Positions 17,914 to 28,337 of a stretch of DNA of 64,000 nt are shown here, piece by piece. The position numbers were made by a program, and so were the translations under genes. The notes beneath the pieces are model-generated. The model saw only the letters and a program-made list of their open reading frames with translations, was not told the origin of the DNA and searched no databases. This DNA is from Nitrospirae bacterium MYbin3 (GTDB lineage Bacteria; Nitrospirota; Thermodesulfovibrionia; Thermodesulfovibrionales; Dissulfurispiraceae): the NCBI GenBank assembly GCA_002753335.1, contig PEAD01000016.1, positions 1 through 64,000 of the forward strand. Reading direction: 5' to 3'. Position 1 is the stretch's first letter. The number at the start of each line of letters is the position of its first letter.

Positions 17914-20001
17914 CTATCTATCCAGCACCGTCCGTATCTTTCTCAGAAGAGCATCAGGGTCTATCGGCTTTGCTATAAAATCAACAGAGTCCTGTAATAC
18001 GCCCTTCTTCGCGATTATGTCATCGGTATATCCGCTCATAAAAATCGCCTTAATGTCAGGCCTGATCCTTTTAATCTCTTCGTAAGCATCCCTGCCGTTT
18101 TTAGAAGGCATTATCACATCCAAAAGGAGAAGGCTTACCGAATCATTGTTCTCGATAAACCTCTTCACCGCAGTATCCCCGTCTTCAGACTCAATTCCCT
18201 TGTATCCATGCCCTTCAAGAGACATCATTATAATTTTCCTGACCTTATTGTCATCTTCGGCTACGAGTATCGTCTCCCCCTTGCCCAAGGGCAGTGGCAG
18301 GGCTGTCCTTAAACTATCATATACAGATGCATTTGCTAGCGGCAGGTATATCCTGAAGGTTGTCCCTTTGCCGGGTTCGCTGTAAACACTAATATTGCCT
18401 CCATGCTGCTTTACTATTCCGTAAACCACCGCAAGACCGAGTCCGGTGCCTTTGCCAACCTCTTTTGTGGTGAAAAATGGTTCAAATATATTTCCTCTCG
18501 TATTCTGGTCCATCCCATAACCTGTATCGGATACCGTAAGCACCGCATGAGGTCCTTTATTTTCAAAAAGGTGGGCTTCAGGATAACTACCGTCAATATC
18601 AACAATATCTGTCTCAACAGAAAGCACTCCTCCGTCAGGCATTGCATCACGGGCATTTGTCGCAAGGTTCAGGAGGACCTGATCAATCTGGCCCCTGTCA
18701 ACCATAACAGGAATATCGTCATGAGCCAGTTTTGTCTTAAACTCTATTTCCTCTCCTATAACCCTTCTGAGCATCTTTTCCACGTTATATACAATGTCAT
18801 TAAGGTTCTCAGGCTTTAAAGCTATAGTCTGCTTGCGGCTAAACGCAAGCAGGGCATGCGTGAGCTCGGCCGCACGATTGGCAGCAGCAAGCATCTCTCC
18901 TATATATTCACCTATAGATTCCTCTCCCTTTAGCCTCCGCTTAGCCATAGTGCCGAAGCCTATAATTGCGGTCAGGATGTTGTTGAAGTCATGAGCAACC
19001 CCTCCGGCAAGAGTGCCTATCGCCTCCATCTTATGTGATTGGCGGAGCTGCTCTTCAAGTTTATGTTTCTCTACCTCCGCCTTCTTGCGCTCTGTTATGT
19101 CCTTAACCACGCCATCGTAGTACATAAGATCTCCAGAGTCGCTTTTGTACAGAATTATATTATCGGTTACCCATCGCAGCTCTCCGTCTTTGCGAATTAT
19201 TCTATGCTCAATAGGCGGAATATCCTCACCCTCCATTATATGCCGCGCACGCTCTATTATAAGCTCACGATCCTCTGGCGCCACCATGCGCAGCCAGAGA
19301 AAAGCATCAGCAGCAAATTCCTCAGCCGTGTACCCGGTTATCACCACACAGGCCGGACTATGCTTCGTCTCCACAGCACAGCCTTTCTCAATACGCACCG
19401 TGTATTGATAGTCCGTGAGTCCTTCGGTAATCCGGCGGTAGCGCGCTTCGCTTGCCTGCAGCGCCTCATCGCTTTTTTGTCTGGCCTCATTCTCCCTTTT
19501 TAAATCTTCCATCAGGTTTATAGTGGCTATGTAGCTTCGTTTCAATTCACTGGTCTTTTCTTCGACCAAGGCGGCAAGCCGTTCTTTTTCATCCCGCCTT
19601 TCGATATGCGCGGTCTTAATTTTTACCATTGCACGTATCTGGGCGGTAAGCTCACTCTCATCAATAGGTTTGGCAAGAAAGGCATCGGCGCCTACTTCAA
19701 GTGCAAGTATGCGGCTCTGTTTGTCGCCTTTAAGCGCAGTAACAAAAACTACCGGGGTGTCTCTCAGGTTTGGGTCGGCTTTAAGTTTCTTGCAGACATC
19801 AAAACCGTCCATATCAGGCATTACAATATCAAGCAGAATAACATCCGGGTCTTCGGATGCCGCCAGTTCAAGCCCTCTTTTGCCATTCAGGGCCGCAAGT
19901 ATGACAGCTTCAGGAAACGCCTCTTTTATCAGGGCGTTCAGGGTGATCAGATTATCCTGATTATCATCAATCGCCAGTATTTTAGTTTTTCTGTTTGCCA
20001 T
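17914..20001 (-). CDS. Hybrid kinase REC-PAS-HisKA-HATPase-REC
   Basis: N- and C-terminal REC domains, PAS/PAC, AHDFNN H-box, NARDAM. Confidence 0.92.
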   Translation of the reverse strand: MANRKTKILAIDDNQDNLITLNALIKEAFPEAVILAALNGKRGLELAASEDPDVILLDIVMPDMDGFDVCKKLKADPNLRDTPVVFVTALKGDKQSRILALEVGADAFLAKPIDESELTAQIRAMVKIKTAHIERRDEKERLAALVEEKTSELKRSYIATINLMEDLKRENEARQKSDEALQASEARYRRITEGLTDYQYTVRIEKGCAVETKHSPACVVITGYTAEEFAADAFLWLRMVAPEDRELIIERARHIMEGEDIPPIEHRIIRKDGELRWVTDNIILYKSDSGDLMYYDGVVKDITERKKAEVEKHKLEEQLRQSHKMEAIGTLAGGVAHDFNNILTAIIGFGTMAKRRLKGEESIGEYIGEMLAAANRAAELTHALLAFSRKQTIALKPENLNDIVYNVEKMLRRVIGEEIEFKTKLAHDDIPVMVDRGQIDQVLLNLATNARDAMPDGGVLSVETDIVDIDGSYPEAHLFENKGPHAVLTVSDTGYGMDQNTRGNIFEPFFTTKEVGKGTGLGLAVVYGIVKQHGGNISVYSEPGKGTTFRIYLPLANASVYDSLRTALPLPLGKGETILVAEDDNKVRKIIMMSLEGHGYKGIESEDGDTAVKRFIENNDSVSLLLLDVIMPSKNGRDAYEEIKRIRPDIKAIFMSGYTDDIIAKKGVLQDSVDFIAKPIDPDALLRKIRTVLDR

Positions 20002-20002
20002 A

Positions 20003-22564
20003 TCAGGACAATACCATATTTGTCACAGCATTCAGCAGTTCTCTGCGATTCACATCACCCTTCTGTATAAGCTGGTGAATATTGTTGCGCGTTAAAAATT
20101 TAAGTTCATCTTTCGTTAAATGTTTTGCTGTAAGTATTAGAACAGGTATGTGGGCTGTTTGCTCTGCTTCCCGCAGGGTTTTAAGCACCTGAAATCCATC
20201 AACCCTGGGCATCATAAGATCAAGTATCATGGCATCAGGAATTTTCTGAGCAATTATTCCAAGAGCCTCGCCCCCATCGCGTGCAACCAGAATGTTATAC
20301 CCGCTTTCCCCCAAAATGTCCTTCATCTGGATTATGGCAGGTTCGCTGTCTTCAACAAGCAGAATTGTTTTGGCAATTGCATCCGAAACTGGCATCTTCG
20401 TCGCTTCTTTTATATCATGTTTTAAAACACTCTGCGCCCCGGATTCAATAATCCTATTTTCGTGTGCATATCGCAGCGGCAGAGAAAGAACAAATTCAGA
20501 GCCTTTGCCGATCACACTCTTAACAGAAATGGCACCTCCGAGGATGTTTGCATATTTTTTTGCGATGGCAAGTCCAAGTCCGGTGCCGCCAAAACGGCGT
20601 GACGTGCTGTTGTCGGCCTGTCGGAACTCATCAAAAATATGCGGCAGATGGTCTTCGGCTATCCCTATTCCGGTATCGGCAACCGTTACCTCAAGCTTAT
20701 TATCGGTCTGCCGCGAGCTGACATCAACTTTTCCCTTTTCGGTAAACTTCACAGCATTGCCGATCAAGTTCTGAAGAATATGGCGGCACTTGTTTGCATC
20801 ACTATCGATAAACAATTCAGGATCATTCCCGGTTTGCAGCAGTTTAATGCCCTTCTGTTTTGCCTGTGGATGTATCATGCTCACAACTTCAGCAATCAGG
20901 TTGCCGGCGTTGAACTTCGTAATTTCTATTTCTTCACGTCCGGACTCGATCCGGGCAATATCCAGGATGTCATTTATCAGCGACAGCAGATGCTTTCCGT
21001 TGCGTTCAATCACCTCCAGATAGCTGTACTCTTCTTCCGGAATTTTATTACCAAGACGACGGTTCAGAACCCCAGACAGCGCAATCACCGAATTGAGCGG
21101 CGTTCTGAGCTCATGGCTCATATTCGACAGGAAATTGGTTTTAAGTCGGCTGGCTTCGTCCAGTTGTTTTTTCTGTATTTCGAGTTCAATGTTCTGCTGA
21201 GTCAGCTCAACCGACTGAGATTCCAGCTCAGTTTTCTGTGCCTCCAGTTCACGGTTCTGGCGCTCGAGCTGTTCAGAAAAAGCGCGGATTTTTCTGATCG
21301 CCAGCACGCCGTTCAGCCGCGCGGTCAAGACATCCCATATCTCGTCAATCAGCCGCAAGGCAGCGGCAGAATAGGTTCTTACGCTGGACAGAGAAATCAC
21401 GGCCGCGATACTCTCCCCTGAAGAGACAGGAATGGTGATAATCTCGCGCGGCCGAAAGTCACCGCTGACGGTCGCAAAACTAAAACGCGTATCTGTCGGG
21501 ATGTCCTTGATATGCTGTATCTCACGGGTAGACAATGCAGCGCCGAATTCACCTTCGTTGCCCAAAGCCGAAAAGGAAGCACGGTTCGCAGCAGCAAGCC
21601 CGATCGATTCAAAATGCACAAAATCGGTTTTCTGTTCATTCAGTATGTAGATCGCGCCTATCTGAGACTCTGTCTGTAGCAGTAGGTCCTTGAGCAAAGC
21701 CTGACAAAATGCACGCAGATCATCCTCCTTCAGCATTATGTCCGCAATGCGGGCAATCGATTCCTTGCGTTTTATATCCGTCTCGATTGTTTCTGCCAAT
21801 TCGTTAAACGCAGCAGAAAGGGTTCCATATTCATTCCCTGAAACGTAACGGCTTCGGGTGCCAAACTTGCCTTGGCGGTAATGCTCAACTGCCGACGTCA
21901 GTTCTCTCAATGGTTCATGAATGTTTTTCAAAAGCAGATAACTTACAGCGATTGTCAGCACTAAAATAAAAGAGACCAGCAGCACCATAGAAACAAATAT
22001 ATTATGTTTTTTCAGCTTGGCAGCAGCATAAAATTCATCACTTTTTCTTATGGCGAAATCACTTATGTCTTGGAGTTCCTTCAGCAGCGTTTTTACATGC
22101 TCGCCGCCGATGCCAGAAAACCTGGTGCGCTCAATCGCTTCAGCATTTTTGCCTGAATGCAGCAAACGGATGGTATCATCGCGGATAGATTTCCACTGAA
22201 CTAATTGTTCATGGGCCTCGTCAATGTCCTTGCGGGGGCCTAGATAGCGCTCATACAAGACATCAAATTGATCGTGGGCGTCGGCTTCATGTGAATCAAT
22301 ATCCTGAATAATGGATTGTCTCTCACTATCATTTTTTGCCAGCACAAGGTCTTTCATACCCTTGTGCATTATCAGAACGTCAGCCTTTATGTCACCCAAG
22401 GCCCGGCGCACGGTGAGCGGATGCTCATACAATTTTTTTGTATCCTGCCACAGACTATCAGCCTGAAACCAAGACGCAGCACCAAGGATTAGCACAAACA
22501 TAAAAATAGCTCCAAGGCCTATTCGCATCTGCGTAGAGATTTTCAGATCCATAATCTTCATCAC
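20003..22564 (-). CDS. Membrane hybrid kinase: 4HB_MCP-like sensor, HAMP, GAF, coiled coil, HisKA, HATPase, REC
   Basis: Two TMs flanking a helical periplasmic domain, HAMP, GAF, Q/E-rich heptads, MSHELRTPLN, GGTGLGL, REC. Confidence 0.92.
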   Translation of the reverse strand: MMKIMDLKISTQMRIGLGAIFMFVLILGAASWFQADSLWQDTKKLYEHPLTVRRALGDIKADVLIMHKGMKDLVLAKNDSERQSIIQDIDSHEADAHDQFDVLYERYLGPRKDIDEAHEQLVQWKSIRDDTIRLLHSGKNAEAIERTRFSGIGGEHVKTLLKELQDISDFAIRKSDEFYAAAKLKKHNIFVSMVLLVSFILVLTIAVSYLLLKNIHEPLRELTSAVEHYRQGKFGTRSRYVSGNEYGTLSAAFNELAETIETDIKRKESIARIADIMLKEDDLRAFCQALLKDLLLQTESQIGAIYILNEQKTDFVHFESIGLAAANRASFSALGNEGEFGAALSTREIQHIKDIPTDTRFSFATVSGDFRPREIITIPVSSGESIAAVISLSSVRTYSAAALRLIDEIWDVLTARLNGVLAIRKIRAFSEQLERQNRELEAQKTELESQSVELTQQNIELEIQKKQLDEASRLKTNFLSNMSHELRTPLNSVIALSGVLNRRLGNKIPEEEYSYLEVIERNGKHLLSLINDILDIARIESGREEIEITKFNAGNLIAEVVSMIHPQAKQKGIKLLQTGNDPELFIDSDANKCRHILQNLIGNAVKFTEKGKVDVSSRQTDNKLEVTVADTGIGIAEDHLPHIFDEFRQADNSTSRRFGGTGLGLAIAKKYANILGGAISVKSVIGKGSEFVLSLPLRYAHENRIIESGAQSVLKHDIKEATKMPVSDAIAKTILLVEDSEPAIIQMKDILGESGYNILVARDGGEALGIIAQKIPDAMILDLMMPRVDGFQVLKTLREAEQTAHIPVLILTAKHLTKDELKFLTRNNIHQLIQKGDVNRRELLNAVTNMVLS

Positions 22565-23400
22565 TTAGCCCCCTTTGGCTCATGCGAGCAGAATATTGCG
22601 GACTGAGGAAACAGTTCATAATAATTACAATTCATTATTGCTTCTCTCTCGGCCTCGCCGGCAACCAAATATCCTCCGGCAGCAAGACAGGCGGCTATTT
22701 TTTCGATAATGATTTTACGGAATTCCGGTCTGTAATAAAAAAGCAGATTAGCGCAGACCAGCAGATCAAAGTCTCCAAAGATGCTTGTGGGCGGACAAGC
22801 TAATTGATCGCCAAGCAGGTCAAAAACCGAAAATTCGATATTCTCTTTCAGCTCAGGCTTGACCGTATAAACATCATCCTGTTTCGAAAACCACGCCTCC
22901 TCACGTTTCATGCTCAAATTGCTTAAGGAGGATGAAAGGTATTGGCCTTTCTGCGCTTTATTTATCATTGATTCGCATTGGTCAGTAGCAAAAATACGAT
23001 AACTGAATTTATCATCACCGTTTTTGAGTTCTTCAAGCAGTATTGCCAAACTGTATGCCTCCTGTCCTGCAGCGCAAGCAGCCGACCATATACGTATCTC
23101 TTTGTGCCTAGCGTTTTTCTTCTTCAGAAGCAGCGTCGGCAAGACAATACGCTCCAATCCCGCGAAGGTTAACGGGTTGCGAAAAAACTCGCTGTAACTG
23201 ATTTGCAGCGAATCAGAAAATATTTTGACTTCCTTTTCATCTTGCTCCAGCAAAGCGTAATACTCTTCTACCGAGCCGCAACAAGTTTCTATGATTCTTT
23301 TCTGGAGAGATTTGTTCAGGAAAGTTTCATCGTATTTTGAGATGTCAATGCAATGGGACTGCATAAGGATATCGGCAATATTTTTATCTATTTCTGTCAC
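22561..23400 (-). CDS. cheR: CheR-family protein-glutamate O-methyltransferase
   Basis: SEFFRN, RIWSAACAAGQEAYSLA, IFATD, FDLLVC.NLL.Y. Confidence 0.9.
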   Translation of the reverse strand: MTEIDKNIADILMQSHCIDISKYDETFLNKSLQKRIIETCCGSVEEYYALLEQDEKEVKIFSDSLQISYSEFFRNPLTFAGLERIVLPTLLLKKKNARHKEIRIWSAACAAGQEAYSLAILLEELKNGDDKFSYRIFATDQCESMINKAQKGQYLSSSLSNLSMKREEAWFSKQDDVYTVKPELKENIEFSVFDLLGDQLACPPTSIFGDFDLLVCANLLFYYRPEFRKIIIEKIAACLAAGGYLVAGEAEREAIMNCNYYELFPQSAIFCSHEPKGAK

Positions 23401-24494
23401 CCGACTATCCTGTATTTTTCTTCCTGTCCTGATTTTTTCAGAAGCTCATTAACTTCCCTCTTCAATTCTATGATAGAAAGTTCACGGTCAACAGCTAAAT
23501 TATGGAACCGCTGCAGTTCGTCATTTCTTTTCTGCAGCGCCTCTTCCGCATACTTGTGCTTAACAATCTCCCAAGCAACATCGGCAAGATAAGAAACAAT
23601 GCTTACGTCAAGCTCCGTATAATCTGCAGGTTTATTACCCACCCCAAGTATCGCAACAATGCGCTCATCGCGAAAAATAGGGACTACCAGTTCACGGGCC
23701 ACATGCGCATGGCCTTGAGGCAGCCCTTTACGATGAGCAAGCGACGGATAATCATTATGAATGACCGGTTTGCGCTGGTGGACGCAGTCAACCCAGACAC
23801 CGGCGTTCTCTATGCTGTAATGCAACCCTTTGCCTTCGGCCTTGCAGAACTTTTCGAGCGTCAAACTGGACCATGCCTGAAGAGAAAGAGTCTTCTGGTC
23901 ATTTTCCACAAAATGATAAAAACCAATGGGGCTGTCCACGAGCATGCCGACCTCGTCCAGTGTTTTGCGCAGCAGTTCCTCCAGAGTATGTCCCGGAGAA
24001 AATTCCAGCAGCCTCATGCGAACCTGTATAATTTCTTCGGTCAGCATGCGTTCCGTAATGTCACGTATAATGCCCAATGCCGCTTTTTGTCCGTTATAAA
24101 GAGGGATAAAGCTGCCGGACATTTCAACAGGGAATACCGACCCGTCTTTTCTTTTGTGGTAGCGCACCGGAATGCGCATGCACTGTCTCGATTCAATCTC
24201 TTTTATGGAATTATCCGAAGCAACCTGCTCTGTGGCTATATCATTAATCGTAAGCTTTAAAAATTCATGCCGGCCGTATCCGTACATTTTCTCGGCCGCC
24301 CTGCTTATGTCTATAATCCTCTTGGTCGTAATATCAAATAGAATGATTGCATCCATCGTTGACTGCACTATCTGCCGGTATCTTTCCTCGCTATCCATTT
24401 GGGCGGTTACTTCTGATTCCAGCTTGCTAACCCGCAGGCGCATTTGCGCCAATTCTTCCAACAACTGATCTTTTGATTTATTGTCGTCGTTCAT
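23397..24494 (-). CDS. PAS-GAF sensor protein without enzymatic output domain
   Basis: PAS/PAC (RKDGSVFPVEMS, RDITER), GAF (GVWVDC, ARELVVP, GVGNK), C-terminal coiled coil. Confidence 0.85.
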   Translation of the reverse strand: MNDDNKSKDQLLEELAQMRLRVSKLESEVTAQMDSEERYRQIVQSTMDAIILFDITTKRIIDISRAAEKMYGYGRHEFLKLTINDIATEQVASDNSIKEIESRQCMRIPVRYHKRKDGSVFPVEMSGSFIPLYNGQKAALGIIRDITERMLTEEIIQVRMRLLEFSPGHTLEELLRKTLDEVGMLVDSPIGFYHFVENDQKTLSLQAWSSLTLEKFCKAEGKGLHYSIENAGVWVDCVHQRKPVIHNDYPSLAHRKGLPQGHAHVARELVVPIFRDERIVAILGVGNKPADYTELDVSIVSYLADVAWEIVKHKYAEEALQKRNDELQRFHNLAVDRELSIIELKREVNELLKKSGQEEKYRIVG

Positions 24495-26125
24495 TGCCTG
24501 TCCAGCATAGCCCTTATTTTTCTCAGCATATCATCTGGGTCTATAGGTTTTGGTATAAATTCAAAACCCTCCTGAATTATGCCTTTATTTGCAAGTATAT
24601 CATCAGTGTAGCCGCTCATAAAGATCGCTTTTATGTCGGGCCTGCTGGTTTTAAGATCATCGTAGGCATTTTTCCCGTTTTTTACAGGCATTATAACGTC
24701 CAGAATAAGCAGTGCTATTGAATCCCTGTTTTCAAGATACACGGTGACAGCTTCTTCCCCATTTTTAGCCTCTATTGTTTTGTAGCCGTTGTCCTGAAGG
24801 TACAGCCTGATTATTCTTCTTACATCAGCATCATCCTCTGCTATAAGAATAGTTTCGCCTTTTCCCAATGGCACCGGCTGCTCGGTCCCTGCCTCTTTGC
24901 GCTTCTCAACCGCAGCCATTAAGGGCAGATATATCCTGAAGGTTGTGCCCTTGCCCGGTTCACTATCAACCGTGATATTGCCTTCATGCTGTTTGATTAT
25001 GCCGTACACCATAGCCAGGCCCAGTCCTGTTCCCCTGCCTATGCCTTTTGTTGTGAAGAATGGTTCGAAAATGTTTTCCCTTGTCTTCAAGTCCATGCCC
25101 CTGCCTGTGTCGGATACCGTAAGCACAGCATACTTTCCTGGTTTTTCGAACAGATGGGCTACGGCATAACTTTCGTCAATATCCTCGATACCGGTTTCTA
25201 TTATCAGCTCGCCTCCATCAGGCATTGCATCACGGGCATTCGTGACAAGGTTCATCAATACCTGATCTATCTGGGCCGCATCAACATTTACTATGATATC
25301 TCTGCTGCCCAGAACTGCCCTGAACTCTATGTCCTCTCCTATAATTCTGCAGAGCATCTTTTCTATGTTGAACACTATGCCGTTAAGGTTCTGTGTTTTG
25401 GGCATTATCACCTGCTTCCGGCTGAAGGCAAGCAGTCCGCGCGTCAGTTCCGCGGCCCGGTTAGCTCCGGCAAGCATCTCTTTTACATAGTCATGTGAAA
25501 CCTGATCGTCTTTGAGCCTTTTTTGTGCCATAGACCCAAAGCCGATAATCGCCATAAGTATATTGTTGAAGTCATGCGCCACGCCTCCTGCGAGAACTCC
25601 TATAGCCTCCATCTTCTGTGACTGGCGCAGCTGCTCTTCCAGTTTCTGCTTTTCTTCCTCTGCTCGCTTGTGATCTGCTATCTCGGTTTGAAGCTGTTCG
25701 TTGGCTTTAAACAGCACCGAAGCATGCTGTTTGATCCTGCTTTTCATTTGATACAGTTCCAGATGGTTTTTTACGCGAACCAGCAATTCTTCACGCTGAA
25801 ACGGCTTTGTTATGAAGTCAACTGCGCCGAGCTTCAAACCCTCCACGCGTTTCTCTGCTTCGGTTAGCGCACTAAGAAATATTACCGGTATATCTCTGCT
25901 TTCTTCCCGCTCTTTGAGTTTCTGCAGCACATCAAATCCGTCCATATCAGGCATGAATATATCCAGCAGAATCAACTCCGGAGCATTCACAGCAACAGAG
26001 GCTAGTGCAAGAGATCCGCTGTCTGCCGAAAGCACCTTATAGCCTTCCATCCGCAGAATGTCGGTAAGAAGCTTAAGGGATTCATGGGTGTCGTCAACAA
26101 CTAAGATAGTATTGTTATCGCTCAT
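24491..26125 (-). CDS. Hybrid kinase REC-HisKA-HATPase-REC
   Basis: ILVVDD REC, AHDFNN, NARDAM, C-terminal REC; start moved to ATG at 26125. Confidence 0.92.
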   Translation of the reverse strand: MSDNNTILVVDDTHESLKLLTDILRMEGYKVLSADSGSLALASVAVNAPELILLDIFMPDMDGFDVLQKLKEREESRDIPVIFLSALTEAEKRVEGLKLGAVDFITKPFQREELLVRVKNHLELYQMKSRIKQHASVLFKANEQLQTEIADHKRAEEEKQKLEEQLRQSQKMEAIGVLAGGVAHDFNNILMAIIGFGSMAQKRLKDDQVSHDYVKEMLAGANRAAELTRGLLAFSRKQVIMPKTQNLNGIVFNIEKMLCRIIGEDIEFRAVLGSRDIIVNVDAAQIDQVLMNLVTNARDAMPDGGELIIETGIEDIDESYAVAHLFEKPGKYAVLTVSDTGRGMDLKTRENIFEPFFTTKGIGRGTGLGLAMVYGIIKQHEGNITVDSEPGKGTTFRIYLPLMAAVEKRKEAGTEQPVPLGKGETILIAEDDADVRRIIRLYLQDNGYKTIEAKNGEEAVTVYLENRDSIALLILDVIMPVKNGKNAYDDLKTSRPDIKAIFMSGYTDDILANKGIIQEGFEFIPKPIDPDDMLRKIRAMLDRQ

Positions 26126-26135
26126 ATAAAGTTCC

Positions 26136-27896
26136 TTATTTATGAAGGGTCTGAAGTATCTTAGTATAGCTAAGCCTGTCCGCATAATAAAGAAGCGTTT
26201 TGCCAAGTTCTGGATTCAGCTCCGATATACGGCCGATTACCTCATTTATTCTCGCAGCTTCAAGACTGACAACAGCATCGCTCAGCTCAATTTTCAGTTC
26301 AGGCGGCAGTGCTGCCAATGATTCATAACTGAGATCTGCAGCAGTCTTATTGCCGGAATCCGGCAAAGCATCTTCATAGAGGAATTTTACCTTCAGATGG
26401 CGCTCCATACATTCATAAATTTCCTCCGGCCTGTATGGTTTACGAATAAAGTCATCCGCGCCAGCAGCTAATATATTGTCACGCTCTTCTTTGAACACAG
26501 ATGCGGTGAGGGCGACTATCTTAACCTCAGAACCGCCATCCAGCTTGCGAATGCGGCGTGTAGCCTCCAAACCGTCCATGATGTCCATGCGTATGTCCAT
26601 CCAGATAAAGTGAGGTCGCCATGCCTCGAACACCCCAATACCCTCCGCTCCGTTCTTGGCCAAGCGCACCTTAAGCCCGGCATTTTCGATCAGCCGCTGC
26701 AGCAGAATCCAGTTTACAACCTCATCTTCAACCACTAAAATACGAAATTCTGGCTGGCCGGGCGCAAGCCCCAAAACCTTTCTGTTCTTTTTGGCAGTAT
26801 CAGTTATTTCATCACCCTCTTCTGCCTTAATGACCGGCAGCTCGACCCTGAATATCGATCCTCTGCCCTGAGCACTCACTAAGCTGATCCGGCCGCCCAT
26901 AAATTCAACATACTGCTTTGTGATGGCCAGCCCCAAACCGGTGCCTTTCTGCAGACCATGTGTGTCAACCTGAACAAAAGGGCTGAATATCCTGGACTGG
27001 TCCTCAGCCGAAATGCCTATACCGGTGTCCTCCACCTCTATGATCAACAACTGGCTATCAATTGCTTCGGCAGGCCGGGATGACAGGCGCAGAATAATAG
27101 AGCCCTTTTCTGTATATTTGACCGCGTTGCCCACAAGATTTATCAGCATCTGGCGCAATTTGATGCCGTCAGTTCTTACAAAGCGTGGAAAGTTTGAAGA
27201 CTGGTCCAGCAGCAGCTTAAGGTTCTTTTCTTCGGCGCGCATGCTCATCAGATCAGTGATGTCGCGAACCATTTCACCAAGGTCTATCGGCGCTATATCA
27301 ATACTCATACGGCCTGACTCAACCTTAGCCATGTCAAGCACGTCGTTGATAAGGTTAAGCAGATGCTCTCCGCTGCGATTGATTATATCCAATGTTTTGC
27401 GCTGTTCTTCGGGGATGCTGCTGTCATTGCGCATAAGGCTTGAAAAACCGAGAATCGCATTCAGAGGAGTTCTCAATTCGTGGCTCATGCTTGCCAAAAA
27501 ATTGCTTTTGGCCTTGTTGGCCGCTTCTGCTTCTTCCTGCGCTTTCTTTGCACGAGTCTTGGCGCGGCGCATAGCCTCTGCAACTCCTGAGATCATAGTG
27601 CAGTTCAGAAAGAAAACAGCCATGCCCAGCCAATCAGCATAATCTTTGATAAACGGTGTAGGGGATAATACCGGCCATAGAAAAAATATAATTAGACATG
27701 CCAAGACCGCTCCCGTAAGTCCTGCAAAAATGCCGCCGTAAAGCGCCGCAATCGTAACCGCAGGATAGAAGGTCAACCATGCAATCCTGGATTCAAGCGC
27801 ATGCAAGGGCCATATTCTGAGCGCAGCCGCCGTTATTATTAGGGCTACTGCGACCATATAGGGCTGCAATTTAAAGTGTGTTGTCTTATCTTTCAT
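26136..27896 (-). CDS. Membrane (DUF4118-like) hybrid histidine kinase with REC
   Basis: N-terminal TMs (LTFYPAV..AALYGG), MSHELRTPLN, GTGLGL, REC. Confidence 0.9.
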   Translation of the reverse strand: MKDKTTHFKLQPYMVAVALIITAAALRIWPLHALESRIAWLTFYPAVTIAALYGGIFAGLTGAVLACLIIFFLWPVLSPTPFIKDYADWLGMAVFFLNCTMISGVAEAMRRAKTRAKKAQEEAEAANKAKSNFLASMSHELRTPLNAILGFSSLMRNDSSIPEEQRKTLDIINRSGEHLLNLINDVLDMAKVESGRMSIDIAPIDLGEMVRDITDLMSMRAEEKNLKLLLDQSSNFPRFVRTDGIKLRQMLINLVGNAVKYTEKGSIILRLSSRPAEAIDSQLLIIEVEDTGIGISAEDQSRIFSPFVQVDTHGLQKGTGLGLAITKQYVEFMGGRISLVSAQGRGSIFRVELPVIKAEEGDEITDTAKKNRKVLGLAPGQPEFRILVVEDEVVNWILLQRLIENAGLKVRLAKNGAEGIGVFEAWRPHFIWMDIRMDIMDGLEATRRIRKLDGGSEVKIVALTASVFKEERDNILAAGADDFIRKPYRPEEIYECMERHLKVKFLYEDALPDSGNKTAADLSYESLAALPPELKIELSDAVVSLEAARINEVIGRISELNPELGKTLLYYADRLSYTKILQTLHK

Positions 27897-27974
27897 TTTT
27901 TATTTAGCACCCGACGCATAAAGAGAATAACCGGAAAGCTTTTTGTTTTAGTATATACCTTCGCCGCACATTAT

Positions 27975-28009
27975 AAAAAATGGAGCCTGACCGGGGAAAT
28001 CAGGCTCCA
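27975..28009 (-). terminator. Intrinsic terminator
   Basis: 10-bp perfect stem tggagcctga/tcaggctcca followed by T6 on the minus strand. Confidence 0.85.
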
Positions 28010-28091
28010 AAAAAAACTCTCCTCTCTTCAAAGACAGGATGTGGGGGTATCCCGAAAAAAGAGAGACGAGAAAAATAAGCTGCACAGATAC

Positions 28092-28310
28092 TCAATTGAC
28101 AACATGATGCGCTAATCGGCTTATGTAAACATGGCTTGTTTTCTCATCAGTTCCGCTCTTTACTATCAAAGGAATTCTCATATCATCCGAATGTTCGATG
28201 CATTTGTTCAGCAAATCCCAATAAAGCCGGCCAGAAAAATTCAGATCACCTGCATGAAGTTCGCACACTTCAACATCCTGTAATTCTTCAATCATACCTT
28301 GGAGTCTCAT
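28092..28310 (-). CDS. Small hypothetical protein (67-72 aa)
   Basis: ORF lies between a sigma-54 motif and a terminator; no recognisable domain. Confidence 0.5.
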   Translation of the reverse strand: MRLQGMIEELQDVEVCELHAGDLNFSGRLYWDLLNKCIEHSDDMRIPLIVKSGTDEKTSHVYISRLAHHVVN

Positions 28311-28320
28311 AATGCATTGA

Positions 28321-28337
28321 AAGCAAGAGGCATGCCT
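28321..28337 (-). promoter_or_regulatory. sigma-54 promoter
   Basis: Minus strand AGGCATGCCTCTTGCTT (GG-N10-GC), just downstream of a bEBP gene. Confidence 0.65.
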
